From NCBI GenBank assembly GCA_038065475.1, contig JBBTQY010000006.1, positions 1 to 49,751 on the forward strand: DNA of 49,751 nt, written 5' to 3'. A model generated the notes under the pieces. It was not told the origin of the DNA. It searched no databases and saw nothing but the letters and a program-made list of their open reading frames with translations. The stretch's first letter is position 1, and each line of letters opens with the position of its first letter. Below, one piece after another: positions 28,474 through 37,028 of this stretch. The stretch is from Patescibacteria group bacterium. Its GTDB lineage: Bacteria; Patescibacteriota; Minisyncoccia; Ryanbacterales; GWA2-47-10b. Made by a program: the position numbers and the translations under genes.

Positions 28474-29545
28474 GTGAGTGATGTAGCAAAACGCATAGAT
28501 GCATTGCACGCCAAGGTCCGCGAAACGGCGGACCGCCTTTGACCTGCGCGCGAAAAGAGAAGAGCTACTCCGACTCGAAGCCGAATCTCAACACGAAAAG
28601 TTTTGGGAGGATCGCGATCGCGCCCGCGAGGTAGGCGAGCAAATAAGTGTACTCAAAGGTGAAGTTACTGATTGGGAAGACCTATTGGGCGATATCGGTG
28701 CGCTCGCAGAACTCTCGGAGATGGCGGGTGAAGAAAAAGATTTCTCGACCGACGTCGCAGAACTTGAGCGTCGTTTCGGCAAAGCTCAGCGTGCAGCTCT
28801 TCTTTCTGGGCCTTATGATAAAGCGGGTGCTATTCTTTCTATCGTCGCGGGTGCCGGAGGTGATGATGCCGAAGACTGGGCGCGGATTATGTTTCGTATG
28901 TATACGCGGTTTGCAGAAGGAAAGGGTTGGGCGGTCACGGTGCTTCATTTACATAAAAATGAACACGATGGCATCAAAAATGCGACTTTTCGCGTTGAAG
29001 GATCGTTTGCGTACGGACTTTTAAAGGGCGAGATGGGTGTACACCGGCTCGTGCGCATTTCACCTTTTTCTTCGAAAAAATTGCGGCATACAAGTTTTGC
29101 CTACTTAGAGGTTTTGCCGGTACTACCTAAGACTGCTGATGTTGAGATTCGTGAAGATGATCTTGATATCTCATTTGCACGCTCATCGGGTCCTGGTGGG
29201 CAAAATGTAAACAAACGCTCGACTGCGGTACGCATCGTGCACAAGCCCTCGGGCATACAGGTACATGTGGATTCCGAACGAGGGCAGGCAGCAAACCGTG
29301 ACATCGCCCTCTCGATTTTGCGCGCAAAATTGTATACAATACGGGAAGAGTCGCGCCGCAAAGAAATCGACGGACTCAAGGGTGAAATTCCAACAAAGAT
29401 TGAATGGGGGAGTCAAATTCGCTCCTATGTGGTACATCCCTATCAGATGGTTAAAGATCATCGCACGGGCGCCGAATCTTCGCAGGTAGATGCTGTTTTG
29501 GATGGCGATCTCGATTTGTTTATAGAACATGATTTACTTCGATAA
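28474..29545 (+). CDS. prfB: Peptide chain release factor 2, with programmed +1 frameshift
   Basis: GTG at 28474 gives MSDVAKRIDALHAKVRETADRL, then CTT-TGA-C at 28537-28543. The +1 frame continues DLRAKREE and carries the SPF and GGQ motifs. Confidence 0.93.
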
Positions 29546-30209
29546 CGTATCAAAAATCTACGGCGGCAACTCGATAGCTATCGAGGGTGTTTCATTTACG
29601 GTAGAACCCCAAGAATTTGTCTCGGTGGTGGGGCAGTCAGGATCTGGCAAATCAACCCTCATCAAATTGCTTTTAGCAGAAGAGCGCCCATCGGCCGGTT
29701 CGATATATTTTCAATCACTTGATGTTCATAATCTTTCACGCTCAGAGATTCCTTTTGTACGTAGAAAAATTGGCACCGTGTTTCAAGATTTTCGCCTGCT
29801 CCCGCAAAAGACTGCATATGAAAACGTAGCGTTTGCATTGGAAGCTTCAGGTAGAGAGGATGATGAGATTGCAGCTGACGTGCCTCACGTACTTGACCTC
29901 GTGGGTCTTTCTGACAAGATGGATTTTTTCCCGCACGAGCTCTCTGGCGGTCAGCAGCAGCGTGTGGCTATCGCGCGCGCACTCGTTAACCGCCCCGAGG
30001 TGGTGATCGCTGACGAACCAACTGGCAATCTTGACCCGCTCAATACGTGGGAGATTATCCGGCTTTTGGGCAAAATCAATGAGCTTGGCACTACTGTTAT
30101 TTTGGCAACTCACGACAAAGATATTATTGATACCATCGGCAAGCGTGTGATTACGCTTGAAGATGGTAAGATTGTCCGCGATGAGAAGCGCGGGCGTTAT
30201 ATACTCTAG
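29529..30209 (+). CDS. ftsE: Cell division ATP-binding protein FtsE
   Basis: GQSGSGKST, VFQDFRLL, LSGGQQQRVAIARA and ADEPTGNLDP motifs. Lies upstream of ftsX. Confidence 0.93.
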   Translation: MIYFDNVSKIYGGNSIAIEGVSFTVEPQEFVSVVGQSGSGKSTLIKLLLAEERPSAGSIYFQSLDVHNLSRSEIPFVRRKIGTVFQDFRLLPQKTAYENVAFALEASGREDDEIAADVPHVLDLVGLSDKMDFFPHELSGGQQQRVAIARALVNRPEVVIADEPTGNLDPLNTWEIIRLLGKINELGTTVILATHDKDIIDTIGKRVITLEDGKIVRDEKRGRYIL

Positions 30210-30211
30210 CT

Positions 30212-31120
30212 ATGGTAGGCACCAGTTTCAAACGAGTCATACGCAACGCATTTATAAACTTTTGGCGCAATGGCTGGGTGTCAGTCGCGACTATTTTGGT
30301 GATGGTACTCGCAATCCTCATGGCAGGATCGCTCATCATGTTCCAAGTATTGCTCAATGCTACTCTTGCCGAAGTTGAGCAGAAAGTAGATGTGAGTACG
30401 TATTTTAAACAAGATGCACCGGAAGACGAGATTTTTCGCATCCGCGGGCTCTTACAAGCGCTTCCTGAGGTGCGCGAGATAACGTATATCTCGCAAGACG
30501 AGGCACTCGCAATTTTTAAAGAACGTCATAAAGATAACGCACTGATATCAAGTGCACTCGATGAGTTGGGAGAAAATCCTTTGGGGGCGGTGCTGCGTAT
30601 TCGTGCATCTGAGCAGCAAAACTATGAGTCAATCGTGCGATTTTTAGAAAACGGGGGTTTTGATTCTCTCGACAAGGTTGACTATCGTCAAAACGAAGCG
30701 CTCTTTCGTCGTCTCGAAGCGGTTCTTTCCCTTTCGCGTCGTGTGGGTTTTGGGGTGACGGCGGTACTCGGGTTTGTGGCGTTTTTGGTAGCATTCAATA
30801 CTATTCGTCTTGCGATCTATACTTCACGCGAAGAGATTAGCATTATGCGTCTTGTTGGCGCCTCCACCTGGTATGTACGCGGACCCTTTTTGGTAGAGGG
30901 TGCGGTGCATGGATTTTTCGCATCGATCATATCAATGTTGATTTTTTGGCCCGTGACATTGTGGATGGGCCCGCGCGCGCGCGAGTTTTTCGGCGGGCTC
31001 GATCTCTTTTCATTCTATACGCAAAACCTGTTTCTCTTTTTCTTTGCGCTCTTTCTTGTGGGTATCACCATCGGCGTATTCTCGAGCTTTGTTGCCACGC
31101 GTAGGTATTTGAAGATTTAA
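30212..31120 (+). CDS. ftsX: Cell division permease FtsX
   Basis: NFWRNGW, NPL and NTIRLAIY..REEI.IMRLVGA..YVRGPFLVEG motifs. Confidence 0.93.
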   Translation: MVGTSFKRVIRNAFINFWRNGWVSVATILVMVLAILMAGSLIMFQVLLNATLAEVEQKVDVSTYFKQDAPEDEIFRIRGLLQALPEVREITYISQDEALAIFKERHKDNALISSALDELGENPLGAVLRIRASEQQNYESIVRFLENGGFDSLDKVDYRQNEALFRRLEAVLSLSRRVGFGVTAVLGFVAFLVAFNTIRLAIYTSREEISIMRLVGASTWYVRGPFLVEGAVHGFFASIISMLIFWPVTLWMGPRAREFFGGLDLFSFYTQNLFLFFFALFLVGITIGVFSSFVATRRYLKI

Positions 31121-31154
31121 ATCCACCCTTTGTCATTATTATAAAAAATCAACC

Positions 31155-32537
31155 GTGTTGAAGATAACAAAAATGGGTTATATGGTGGCCGTCGCCATGC
31201 TCGTGCCGCATGTGGTGCAGGCATATACATTCACGCGGTCCCTGCAGAAGGGTTCATCGGGCGCTGAAGTAGTGGAGTTGCAAAAAATACTCAAGACAGA
31301 CTCATCGATCTATCCAGAAGGTATCGTCTCAGGTTATTTTGGTACGCTTACGGAAAAGGCCGTACAACGATTCCAGGCAAAATATGGAATCGTGAATAAA
31401 GGAGATCCCGTGAGTACTGGCTATGGATTCATTGGGAAGCGAACGCGAGCAAAGCTCAATGAAGTTTTTGGATCTGGCAAAGCAGCTCCAGTTGTCGGCA
31501 ATATTCCTCCTAGTACGATTACCGCTCCGGTTTTAGCTAATCCTTCTGCAGCACCAAACAAAAAATTAGATATTCAGATAACGTATCCAGATCGCCATAC
31601 TACGTTGTATGTTGGTCGTACCCAGTCCATTGAGTGGAATGTGGGTGAGTCTGTTACGGATATCGCGGATGTGAAAATTTTAATCAAAGGGAGTACAGAA
31701 TCGATTACTATAGCTGAAAAAGTGCCATTAAAAAACAACAACACTAGAGTAGGTTTTTATAACTGGACTATACCTTCTTTATCAAAGCTGCCATTTTCAT
31801 CGAACGGGGAGTATACGGTGGTTATACAAATGAATAATTCTGTAGCGTATAGTGATGCATTCAAAATTATAAACCCAGTCGCAGTTGTGTTTCAAAAACC
31901 TCCGGAAGGAGGTGAGGTATTTGTTGCGGGTTCGGTAGCATGGGCAATTTCTTGGAATGTTCCCGCCGGTATTGATGACGCCACTCGTGCAACTGTGTAT
32001 TTAAAGGGAGGCTCCAGCCTTTATCCAATTGCTAAAGATATTTTATTAAAACAACGACAAGTAACTTTAGAATTTCCTCAAGATATGAGCCATTATCCGA
32101 AAGCGGGACTCAATGGATACTCAATCGTCTTGTCATTTGATAATCAAACGGTAGAAGGCCCACATTTTAGTATCATCGCCCCAAGTAATACATCTCGATC
32201 TTCAAGCATGAGTATCAATGGTCTGAGGGACGGGGGTCTAGTGTGTGGGCTCTATCCGGTTTACGCATCCTTTGATGCAAAAATGGATCTTGAGAGTAAG
32301 ACAGCAAGGCTATTTTTTATCAATGAAGTAAGCAAGGAAGAAATATTTGTTAAAAATATAGACTTGTCAAATGTTGGGGCGCCAGGATGGGGTGGTTCCG
32401 GGAATATCCCTGGGGTCAAATTGAATCCGGGGATATACCGAGTAAAAATATCGAGGGAAATAGGTGGGCAGACTGAGACGGTAATCAGCAATGCACCCTT
32501 CGCTATTTTCCCTGGAGGCTCTTATTACTGCAGATAG
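31155..32537 (+). CDS. Secreted peptidoglycan-binding domain protein with Ig-like/beta-rich repeats
   Basis: Signal peptide; FTRSLQKGSSGAEVVELQKIL..GYFGTLTEKAVQRFQ (PG_binding_1); then two or three beta-sandwich-like units. Confidence 0.75.
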   Translation: MLKITKMGYMVAVAMLVPHVVQAYTFTRSLQKGSSGAEVVELQKILKTDSSIYPEGIVSGYFGTLTEKAVQRFQAKYGIVNKGDPVSTGYGFIGKRTRAKLNEVFGSGKAAPVVGNIPPSTITAPVLANPSAAPNKKLDIQITYPDRHTTLYVGRTQSIEWNVGESVTDIADVKILIKGSTESITIAEKVPLKNNNTRVGFYNWTIPSLSKLPFSSNGEYTVVIQMNNSVAYSDAFKIINPVAVVFQKPPEGGEVFVAGSVAWAISWNVPAGIDDATRATVYLKGGSSLYPIAKDILLKQRQVTLEFPQDMSHYPKAGLNGYSIVLSFDNQTVEGPHFSIIAPSNTSRSSSMSINGLRDGGLVCGLYPVYASFDAKMDLESKTARLFFINEVSKEEIFVKNIDLSNVGAPGWGGSGNIPGVKLNPGIYRVKISREIGGQTETVISNAPFAIFPGGSYYCR

Positions 32538-32583
32538 AGGGTAATATTATAAAAAACACCCACGCCGATTGTCTTGGGTGGGG

Positions 32584-32817
32584 TTAGAATGGTGTGCATC
32601 GGCATGAACAAGACCAGTCATGACCCTTGGTGCCGTTGCGGCATCTATGCAGATCAAGATCTGCATCTCCACATCCACCGCAGATGATAGGAGTGGGTTT
32701 TGCTGGTGGTGGCTGAGGTGTGTGATGCCGTGGCATCGGCGCTGGCTCGGGATAGCTTCTTGCTTCACGCGAGTATTGCCAAGCTGCTTCCCCGAAGCTT
32801 GGTTCTCCGTAACACAT
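32584..32817 (-). CDS. 77-aa Pro-rich, Cys/His-rich small protein
   Basis: ATG at 32817 is preceded by GGAGG and TATACT. C-terminus reads CGGC..HRC..H..CSCRC. Confidence 0.55.
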   Translation of the reverse strand: MCYGEPSFGEAAWQYSREARSYPEPAPMPRHHTPQPPPAKPTPIICGGCGDADLDLHRCRNGTKGHDWSCSCRCTPF

Positions 32818-32972
32818 GATCGGTACCTCCAAGAGCAGTATAATAAGGAGCGACAAAAAAATAAAGATGTGATATAAAGATCGGACTGAAGGGTGTACAT
32901 TTTTTGTGTCAGTCGCCATGATATGTCGGTATTTCATGCCGAGGGCGACTGCGGAAAGTGCCCCCGGCACTT

Positions 32973-33043
32973 TCCGGGTTCGTCTAATGGCAGGACACAT
33001 GCCTCTGGAGCATGGAATTGGGGTTCGAGTCCCTGACCCGGAA
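32973..33043 (+). tRNA. tRNA-Gln(CTG)
   Basis: Acceptor stem TCCGGGT/ACCCGGA, anticodon arm CATGC-CTCTGGA-GCATG, T-loop TTCGAGT. CCA is not encoded. Confidence 0.92.
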
Positions 33044-33080
33044 CAAGAGAAGAATATTATTTACTAATAAAAATAATCAT

Positions 33081-33218
33081 ATGGCAAAACGAGCAGCTGG
33101 GCTTAAAGCTCACAAAAAATCAAACCACTCGCACAAGACCAAAAAGCGCCTTGAGATCAAGCGTCAGACGCTCTCAAAGCTCAAGGGTAAAAAGCGAACG
33201 AAAAAGTATAGAAAGTAA
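33081..33218 (+). CDS. 45-aa highly basic small protein
   Basis: MAKRAAGLKAHKKSNHSHKTKKRLEIKRQTLSKLKGKKRTKKYRK, with an A-rich leader and its own terminator. Confidence 0.65.
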   Translation: MAKRAAGLKAHKKSNHSHKTKKRLEIKRQTLSKLKGKKRTKKYRK

Positions 33219-33223
33219 AAATC

Positions 33224-33255
33224 AAAACCGAGAAACCTTGCGTTTCTCGGTTTTT
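33224..33255 (+). terminator. Intrinsic terminator
   Basis: AAAACCGAGAAAC-CTTGC-GTTTCTCGGTTTTT. Confidence 0.75.
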
Positions 33256-33276
33256 GGTTGTTGACTGGGGGCACTT

Positions 33277-34545
33277 ATGCAAAATGGTGAACAGATAATT
33301 TTCCCCATTGATTCTTTTGGTTTTGATGGGGCAGGGGTTGGACGCGCACATGGCAAGATCGTGCGTGTTTTTGGCGCATTGCCGGGCGAGATGGTTGAGG
33401 TAGAAATCATAGGACGTAAAAAAGGCGAGCGTATTGGGCGGCTTTTGCGTGTCACAAAACTCTCGCCGTACCGACAAGCGCCACAAGAAGATCATTACCT
33501 TTCATGCTCGGCGTGGCAGGTAATTCGCTACGATCAAGAACTTTTTTGGAAGAAAAAAATGGCGCAAGATCTTTTTGCGAGTGTGGGTATCGAATTGCCC
33601 GAGCTGACGATAGTTACGGATGACGTGACAGTAGGGTATCGCAACAAGATGGAGTTCACACTCGCAGAGGTTGAGGGCAAGATCTCGAGCGCATTTCACG
33701 CGCGCCATACGCGTAAGCTTTTGCCGTTATCAGGTTGCGTACTTGCTCAAAAAGAAATAAACGACGCGCTCGAGCATATCGTAAGTTTCCTTAATGCACA
33801 TGAGGTGCCACCGAGTGCCGTCAAATCACTTATTTTACGCGCGAATCGAGCAGGCAAAATACTCGCAGGGCTTTTTGCACAAGATAGAGCGGTTGCGTTG
33901 CCACCAATTAAAGAATTGCTCAGCGGGGCCATAAAAGGCATTTCGGTCTTTTATTCGCCGCCGGAGGCTCCCGCATCGCGTCCCGAAGGGCTTTTGGCAA
34001 GTGTGGGGGAGGAGAAAATATACGAGGAGATCTTGGGCAAGCGTTTTCCCATGACTATTTTGAGCTATTTTCAGATCAATCCGCCGGTATTTGAGATGGC
34101 ACTCTCGCGTATGCGCGAGTTTATAAATGAGGGCGATGATGTGCTCGACTTTTTCTCAGGCGTCGGTGCCATTGGCCTTTCGCTCGCCGATAAAATAAAA
34201 ACACTCACGGCAGTCGAGCTTGATGATGCGTCATTCACGCTCTTGCAGGAGGGGATTGGTAGCGCACATGCAGTACATGTGTCAGATCGTAAAGCTCGCG
34301 AACTTATTGATAGTAAACACGTACTGATTATGGATCCGCCACGCGCAGGCACACACCCAAAGGTAATACGGCGTATTTTAGAAGTGTTGCCCCCAAAAAT
34401 TATTTATCTTTCATGCAATCCGGTAACCCAGGCGCATGACCTTTCTCTTCTTAAAGAAAAATACCAAATCAAACACGCAGAGCTCTTTAATTTTTTCCCT
34501 CGCACACCACACATCGAGTCATTTTTTGTGCTTGAGCGCGTTTAG
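33277..34545 (+). CDS. RNA (uracil-5)-methyltransferase, RlmD/TrmA family with TRAM domain
   Basis: GALPGE, YRNKMEF, YFQIN, DFFSGVG, DPPRAG, YLSCNP and FPRTPHIE motifs. Confidence 0.9.
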   Translation: MQNGEQIIFPIDSFGFDGAGVGRAHGKIVRVFGALPGEMVEVEIIGRKKGERIGRLLRVTKLSPYRQAPQEDHYLSCSAWQVIRYDQELFWKKKMAQDLFASVGIELPELTIVTDDVTVGYRNKMEFTLAEVEGKISSAFHARHTRKLLPLSGCVLAQKEINDALEHIVSFLNAHEVPPSAVKSLILRANRAGKILAGLFAQDRAVALPPIKELLSGAIKGISVFYSPPEAPASRPEGLLASVGEEKIYEEILGKRFPMTILSYFQINPPVFEMALSRMREFINEGDDVLDFFSGVGAIGLSLADKIKTLTAVELDDASFTLLQEGIGSAHAVHVSDRKARELIDSKHVLIMDPPRAGTHPKVIRRILEVLPPKIIYLSCNPVTQAHDLSLLKEKYQIKHAELFNFFPRTPHIESFFVLERV

Positions 34546-34922
34546 TGTGGGTGAATTTTATCGTGCAAGATTCTCTCAAGATAGGTGCCGATTGAGAAAA
34601 GTTCTTGAGTGAGAAATCTTGTTAGCATAGCAAGGGCGCCAAATGCCATCCACAAGACAAAGAAGTATGCGGGATTTGCCAGTATATCCGGCAAAGGCAA
34701 TCGTAGAGGGATGTTTATATCTCCCCATGGGTTGAATGCCAGAAGAAAAAAGAAGCTCAACCAAAAGGTACTACAGAGTCGACAGGTAAGTGCGCTACCT
34801 ACAAAATATATTTTTTTGACGGTTGCCTTTGCGCGTGGTGAATCGTGTAGAAAAGTACTCCAAAGGGCACCTATGCCGGAAACGGCAAGGAGTGAGACGA
34901 GAATATTGATGAAAGTATCCAT
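34542..34922 (-). CDS. Small membrane protein with a CxxC motif (DUF1360-like)
   Basis: Three hydrophobic segments and an LTCRLCSTFW motif. Confidence 0.6.
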   Translation of the reverse strand: MDTFINILVSLLAVSGIGALWSTFLHDSPRAKATVKKIYFVGSALTCRLCSTFWLSFFFLLAFNPWGDINIPLRLPLPDILANPAYFFVLWMAFGALAMLTRFLTQELFSIGTYLERILHDKIHPH

Positions 34923-34927
34923 AAGTT

Positions 34928-34968
34928 ATAAAAATGCCGGCGCGAGCGCGTTCGCTCGCGCCGGTGTT
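34928..34968 (-). terminator. Intrinsic terminator after the Cys-rich gene
   Basis: On the minus strand, CCGGCGCGAGCG-AACG-CGCTCGCGCCGG is followed by CATTTTT. Confidence 0.8.
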
Positions 34969-34981
34969 GGTGTGCAGCCGC

Positions 34982-35266
34982 TTACTGCGGCCCAATGAGG
35001 TCGAGGAGGGGGTTCTCTGCGCTTGTCATGAAGGCGAGGCCTTCGGGCGTGAGTGCGTGAAAGTCCTGCTGCTCGCGGAGCAGGCCTACGGCACCGTCAT
35101 CGAGTCGCACGAGCTCACCACCGAAGCGGCAGCCGTAGTCCTCCTCGTTCAGGATCACGTCGCGTACGCCTTGTGCTGTGGGCTCGGGCGCAAGAGCAAA
35201 GACACATCCCGTGCAGCCGCAGGGGCACCCGGCGCATCCCGTCGGCCCATTTTTGCGGATCTCCAT
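34982..35266 (-). CDS. 94-aa protein with an N-terminal CxxCxCxCxxC cluster
   Basis: AGAGGA SD upstream, its own promoter and terminator, and GC-rich third codon positions on this strand. Confidence 0.7.
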   Translation of the reverse strand: MEIRKNGPTGCAGCPCGCTGCVFALAPEPTAQGVRDVILNEEDYGCRFGGELVRLDDGAVGLLREQQDFHALTPEGLAFMTSAENPLLDLIGPQ

Positions 35267-35368
35267 ACCGAATCCTCTTTTCTTTGGGGCGTGGCCGAGG
35301 CATTACCGCGCAGCTAAAGAACAAATATTCTTGCCTCGCGCAAACCGGTAGCTTGAGCCAAGCAACAA

Positions 35369-35394
35369 TATAAATGCAAAAATATTGCATTTAT
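35369..35394. promoter_or_regulatory. Palindromic operator, putative Fur/Zur-family box
   Basis: TATAAATGCAA-AATA-TTGCATTTATA is a perfect 11-4-11 inverted repeat upstream of the divergent Fur-family gene. A weaker copy lies at about 35425-35445. Confidence 0.65.
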
Positions 35395-35461
35395 AGTATA
35401 GTGGCACGGCTCCCACGTCAAGTTATTTGCAAGTAATTCGCATTTGTGATACGATGAGCAC

Positions 35462-35896
35462 ATGAATAAAAAAGTAGCCATATCGGATTTTAAAGGCATG
35501 TTGCGCAAGGGAGGACTTAAAGCTACCAAGCCCCGCATGGCGGTATTGCATCTTCTTGCGCGCTCAAAGCGTCCTGAAAGTCCACGGGCAATCGTGGAGG
35601 CTGTGCCTGATATCGATCAGGCGACGGTGTATCGTATGCTTAAAATGCTCGAAGATGCGCGTATTGTACGCCGTGTTGATTTCGGCCATACCCATGCCCA
35701 CTATGAGATTTTGCGAGATGACGATCATCATCATTTGATTTGTATTTCATGTGGCCGTTCGGAAGATATCCATAAATGTAACGCAGATGAGATGGCGAGC
35801 GCAGTATTGCGTGGCTCGAAACAGTTTGCTCGCATTGAACGCCATTCGCTTGAGTTTTATGGCCTTTGCAATGCCTGTAGCAAAAAGGCGGTATAG
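35462..35896 (+). CDS. Fur-family transcriptional regulator (Zur-like)
   Basis: GLKATKPR, DQATVYRML, HHHLICISCG and LEFYGLCNAC motifs. Confidence 0.93.
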   Translation: MNKKVAISDFKGMLRKGGLKATKPRMAVLHLLARSKRPESPRAIVEAVPDIDQATVYRMLKMLEDARIVRRVDFGHTHAHYEILRDDDHHHLICISCGRSEDIHKCNADEMASAVLRGSKQFARIERHSLEFYGLCNACSKKAV

Positions 35897-35903
35897 TAAA
35901 AGC

Positions 35904-36983
35904 ATGATATTTCGCTCTATCTACGTGGTCGCGTCTGTTTTTTTGCTTATCGCATCACCTATACATGCTCAAGAACTCCAAGAGCATGTAGCTGGTATTT
36001 GGAGTGCGCGTGTCGTCAGCGTGCAAGATGAGCGAAGCGAACAGCTTCCTGGGACGGAAGTATCTATAACAGTACAAGATTTGCGGGTCAAGTTACTCGA
36101 AGGGCCGCGCGCAGGTGAGGTGATCGCCTTGATAAATGATTATGTGGTGCTTGAAGCGGGAGACCGTCTTTTTGTTTCGTATCTGGTGGGTACTGACGGC
36201 CGTGAAATATTTGATATCCAGGAACCCGACCGGACACGCGGGATGATCTTTTTGCTCGGAGTGTTTGTTATTGTCGTTGTTCTTTTTGGCGGATGGGAGG
36301 GGATACGGTCGCTTGCGGGGCTTGCAGCTACGCTGGGGATTTTGGTATTTCTTCTTTTCCCCCATCTTGCGCGAGGGGAAGCAGTCATCTGGTGGGCGAG
36401 TTTGTATGCATTTATAGCGAGTACCGTAGCGCTCTTGATTACGCACGGTATCAATAAAAAAACGGCAGCAGCACTTTTTGGTATTGCTGGCGCCATCCTG
36501 ATCACAGTCTTACTTGCTGCGTGGGGCGTAGAGTTTCTTAATCTGACGGGATTTTATGCCGATGAGAGTTTATATCTTAACTTTGATACCCAAGGGAAAA
36601 TTAATTTTGCCCATTTGCTTCTCGCCGCGATTATTATTGGCACTCTTGGTGTGCTTGACGATATCACCTCGACGCAGGCGTCTACGGTTACTGAACTTGC
36701 CAGCGCAAATCCGAGTCTCTCGAGTCGCACTCTTTATAAAAAGGCGATGGTGGTGGGCCGTGCCCATGTTTCAGCGCTGGTAAATACATTGGCACTTGCC
36801 TATGCGGGAACAGCATTGCCATTTTTACTATTGATGTATATCTCACCGTCGTCACCGCTTCTCTTGTTAAACAAGGAGCTCTTTGCAACCGAGGTACTTC
36901 GTGTTGTGGCTAGCAGTATCGGCCTCATTTTTGCGGTTCCTTTTTCAACACTCGCTGCTGTTTTTCTTGCAAAACAGAGATAA
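35904..36983 (+). CDS. YibE/F family membrane protein
   Basis: IIIGTLGVLDDIT..Q and VNTLALAYAG motifs. Start taken as ATG at 35904. Confidence 0.88.
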   Translation: MIFRSIYVVASVFLLIASPIHAQELQEHVAGIWSARVVSVQDERSEQLPGTEVSITVQDLRVKLLEGPRAGEVIALINDYVVLEAGDRLFVSYLVGTDGREIFDIQEPDRTRGMIFLLGVFVIVVVLFGGWEGIRSLAGLAATLGILVFLLFPHLARGEAVIWWASLYAFIASTVALLITHGINKKTAAALFGIAGAILITVLLAAWGVEFLNLTGFYADESLYLNFDTQGKINFAHLLLAAIIIGTLGVLDDITSTQASTVTELASANPSLSSRTLYKKAMVVGRAHVSALVNTLALAYAGTALPFLLLMYISPSSPLLLLNKELFATEVLRVVASSIGLIFAVPFSTLAAVFLAKQR

Positions 36984-37028
36984 GAAAAAGGGTTGCGTTT
37001 TCATACTCGGTCTCTATAATGGGCCCAT

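Noticed and set aside
28537-28543. prfB as a pseudogene or TGA recoding (genetic code 25)
   Set aside because: CTT-TGA-C is the canonical programmed frameshift, and TGA ends other genes (nrdJ, btuR), so code 11 applies.
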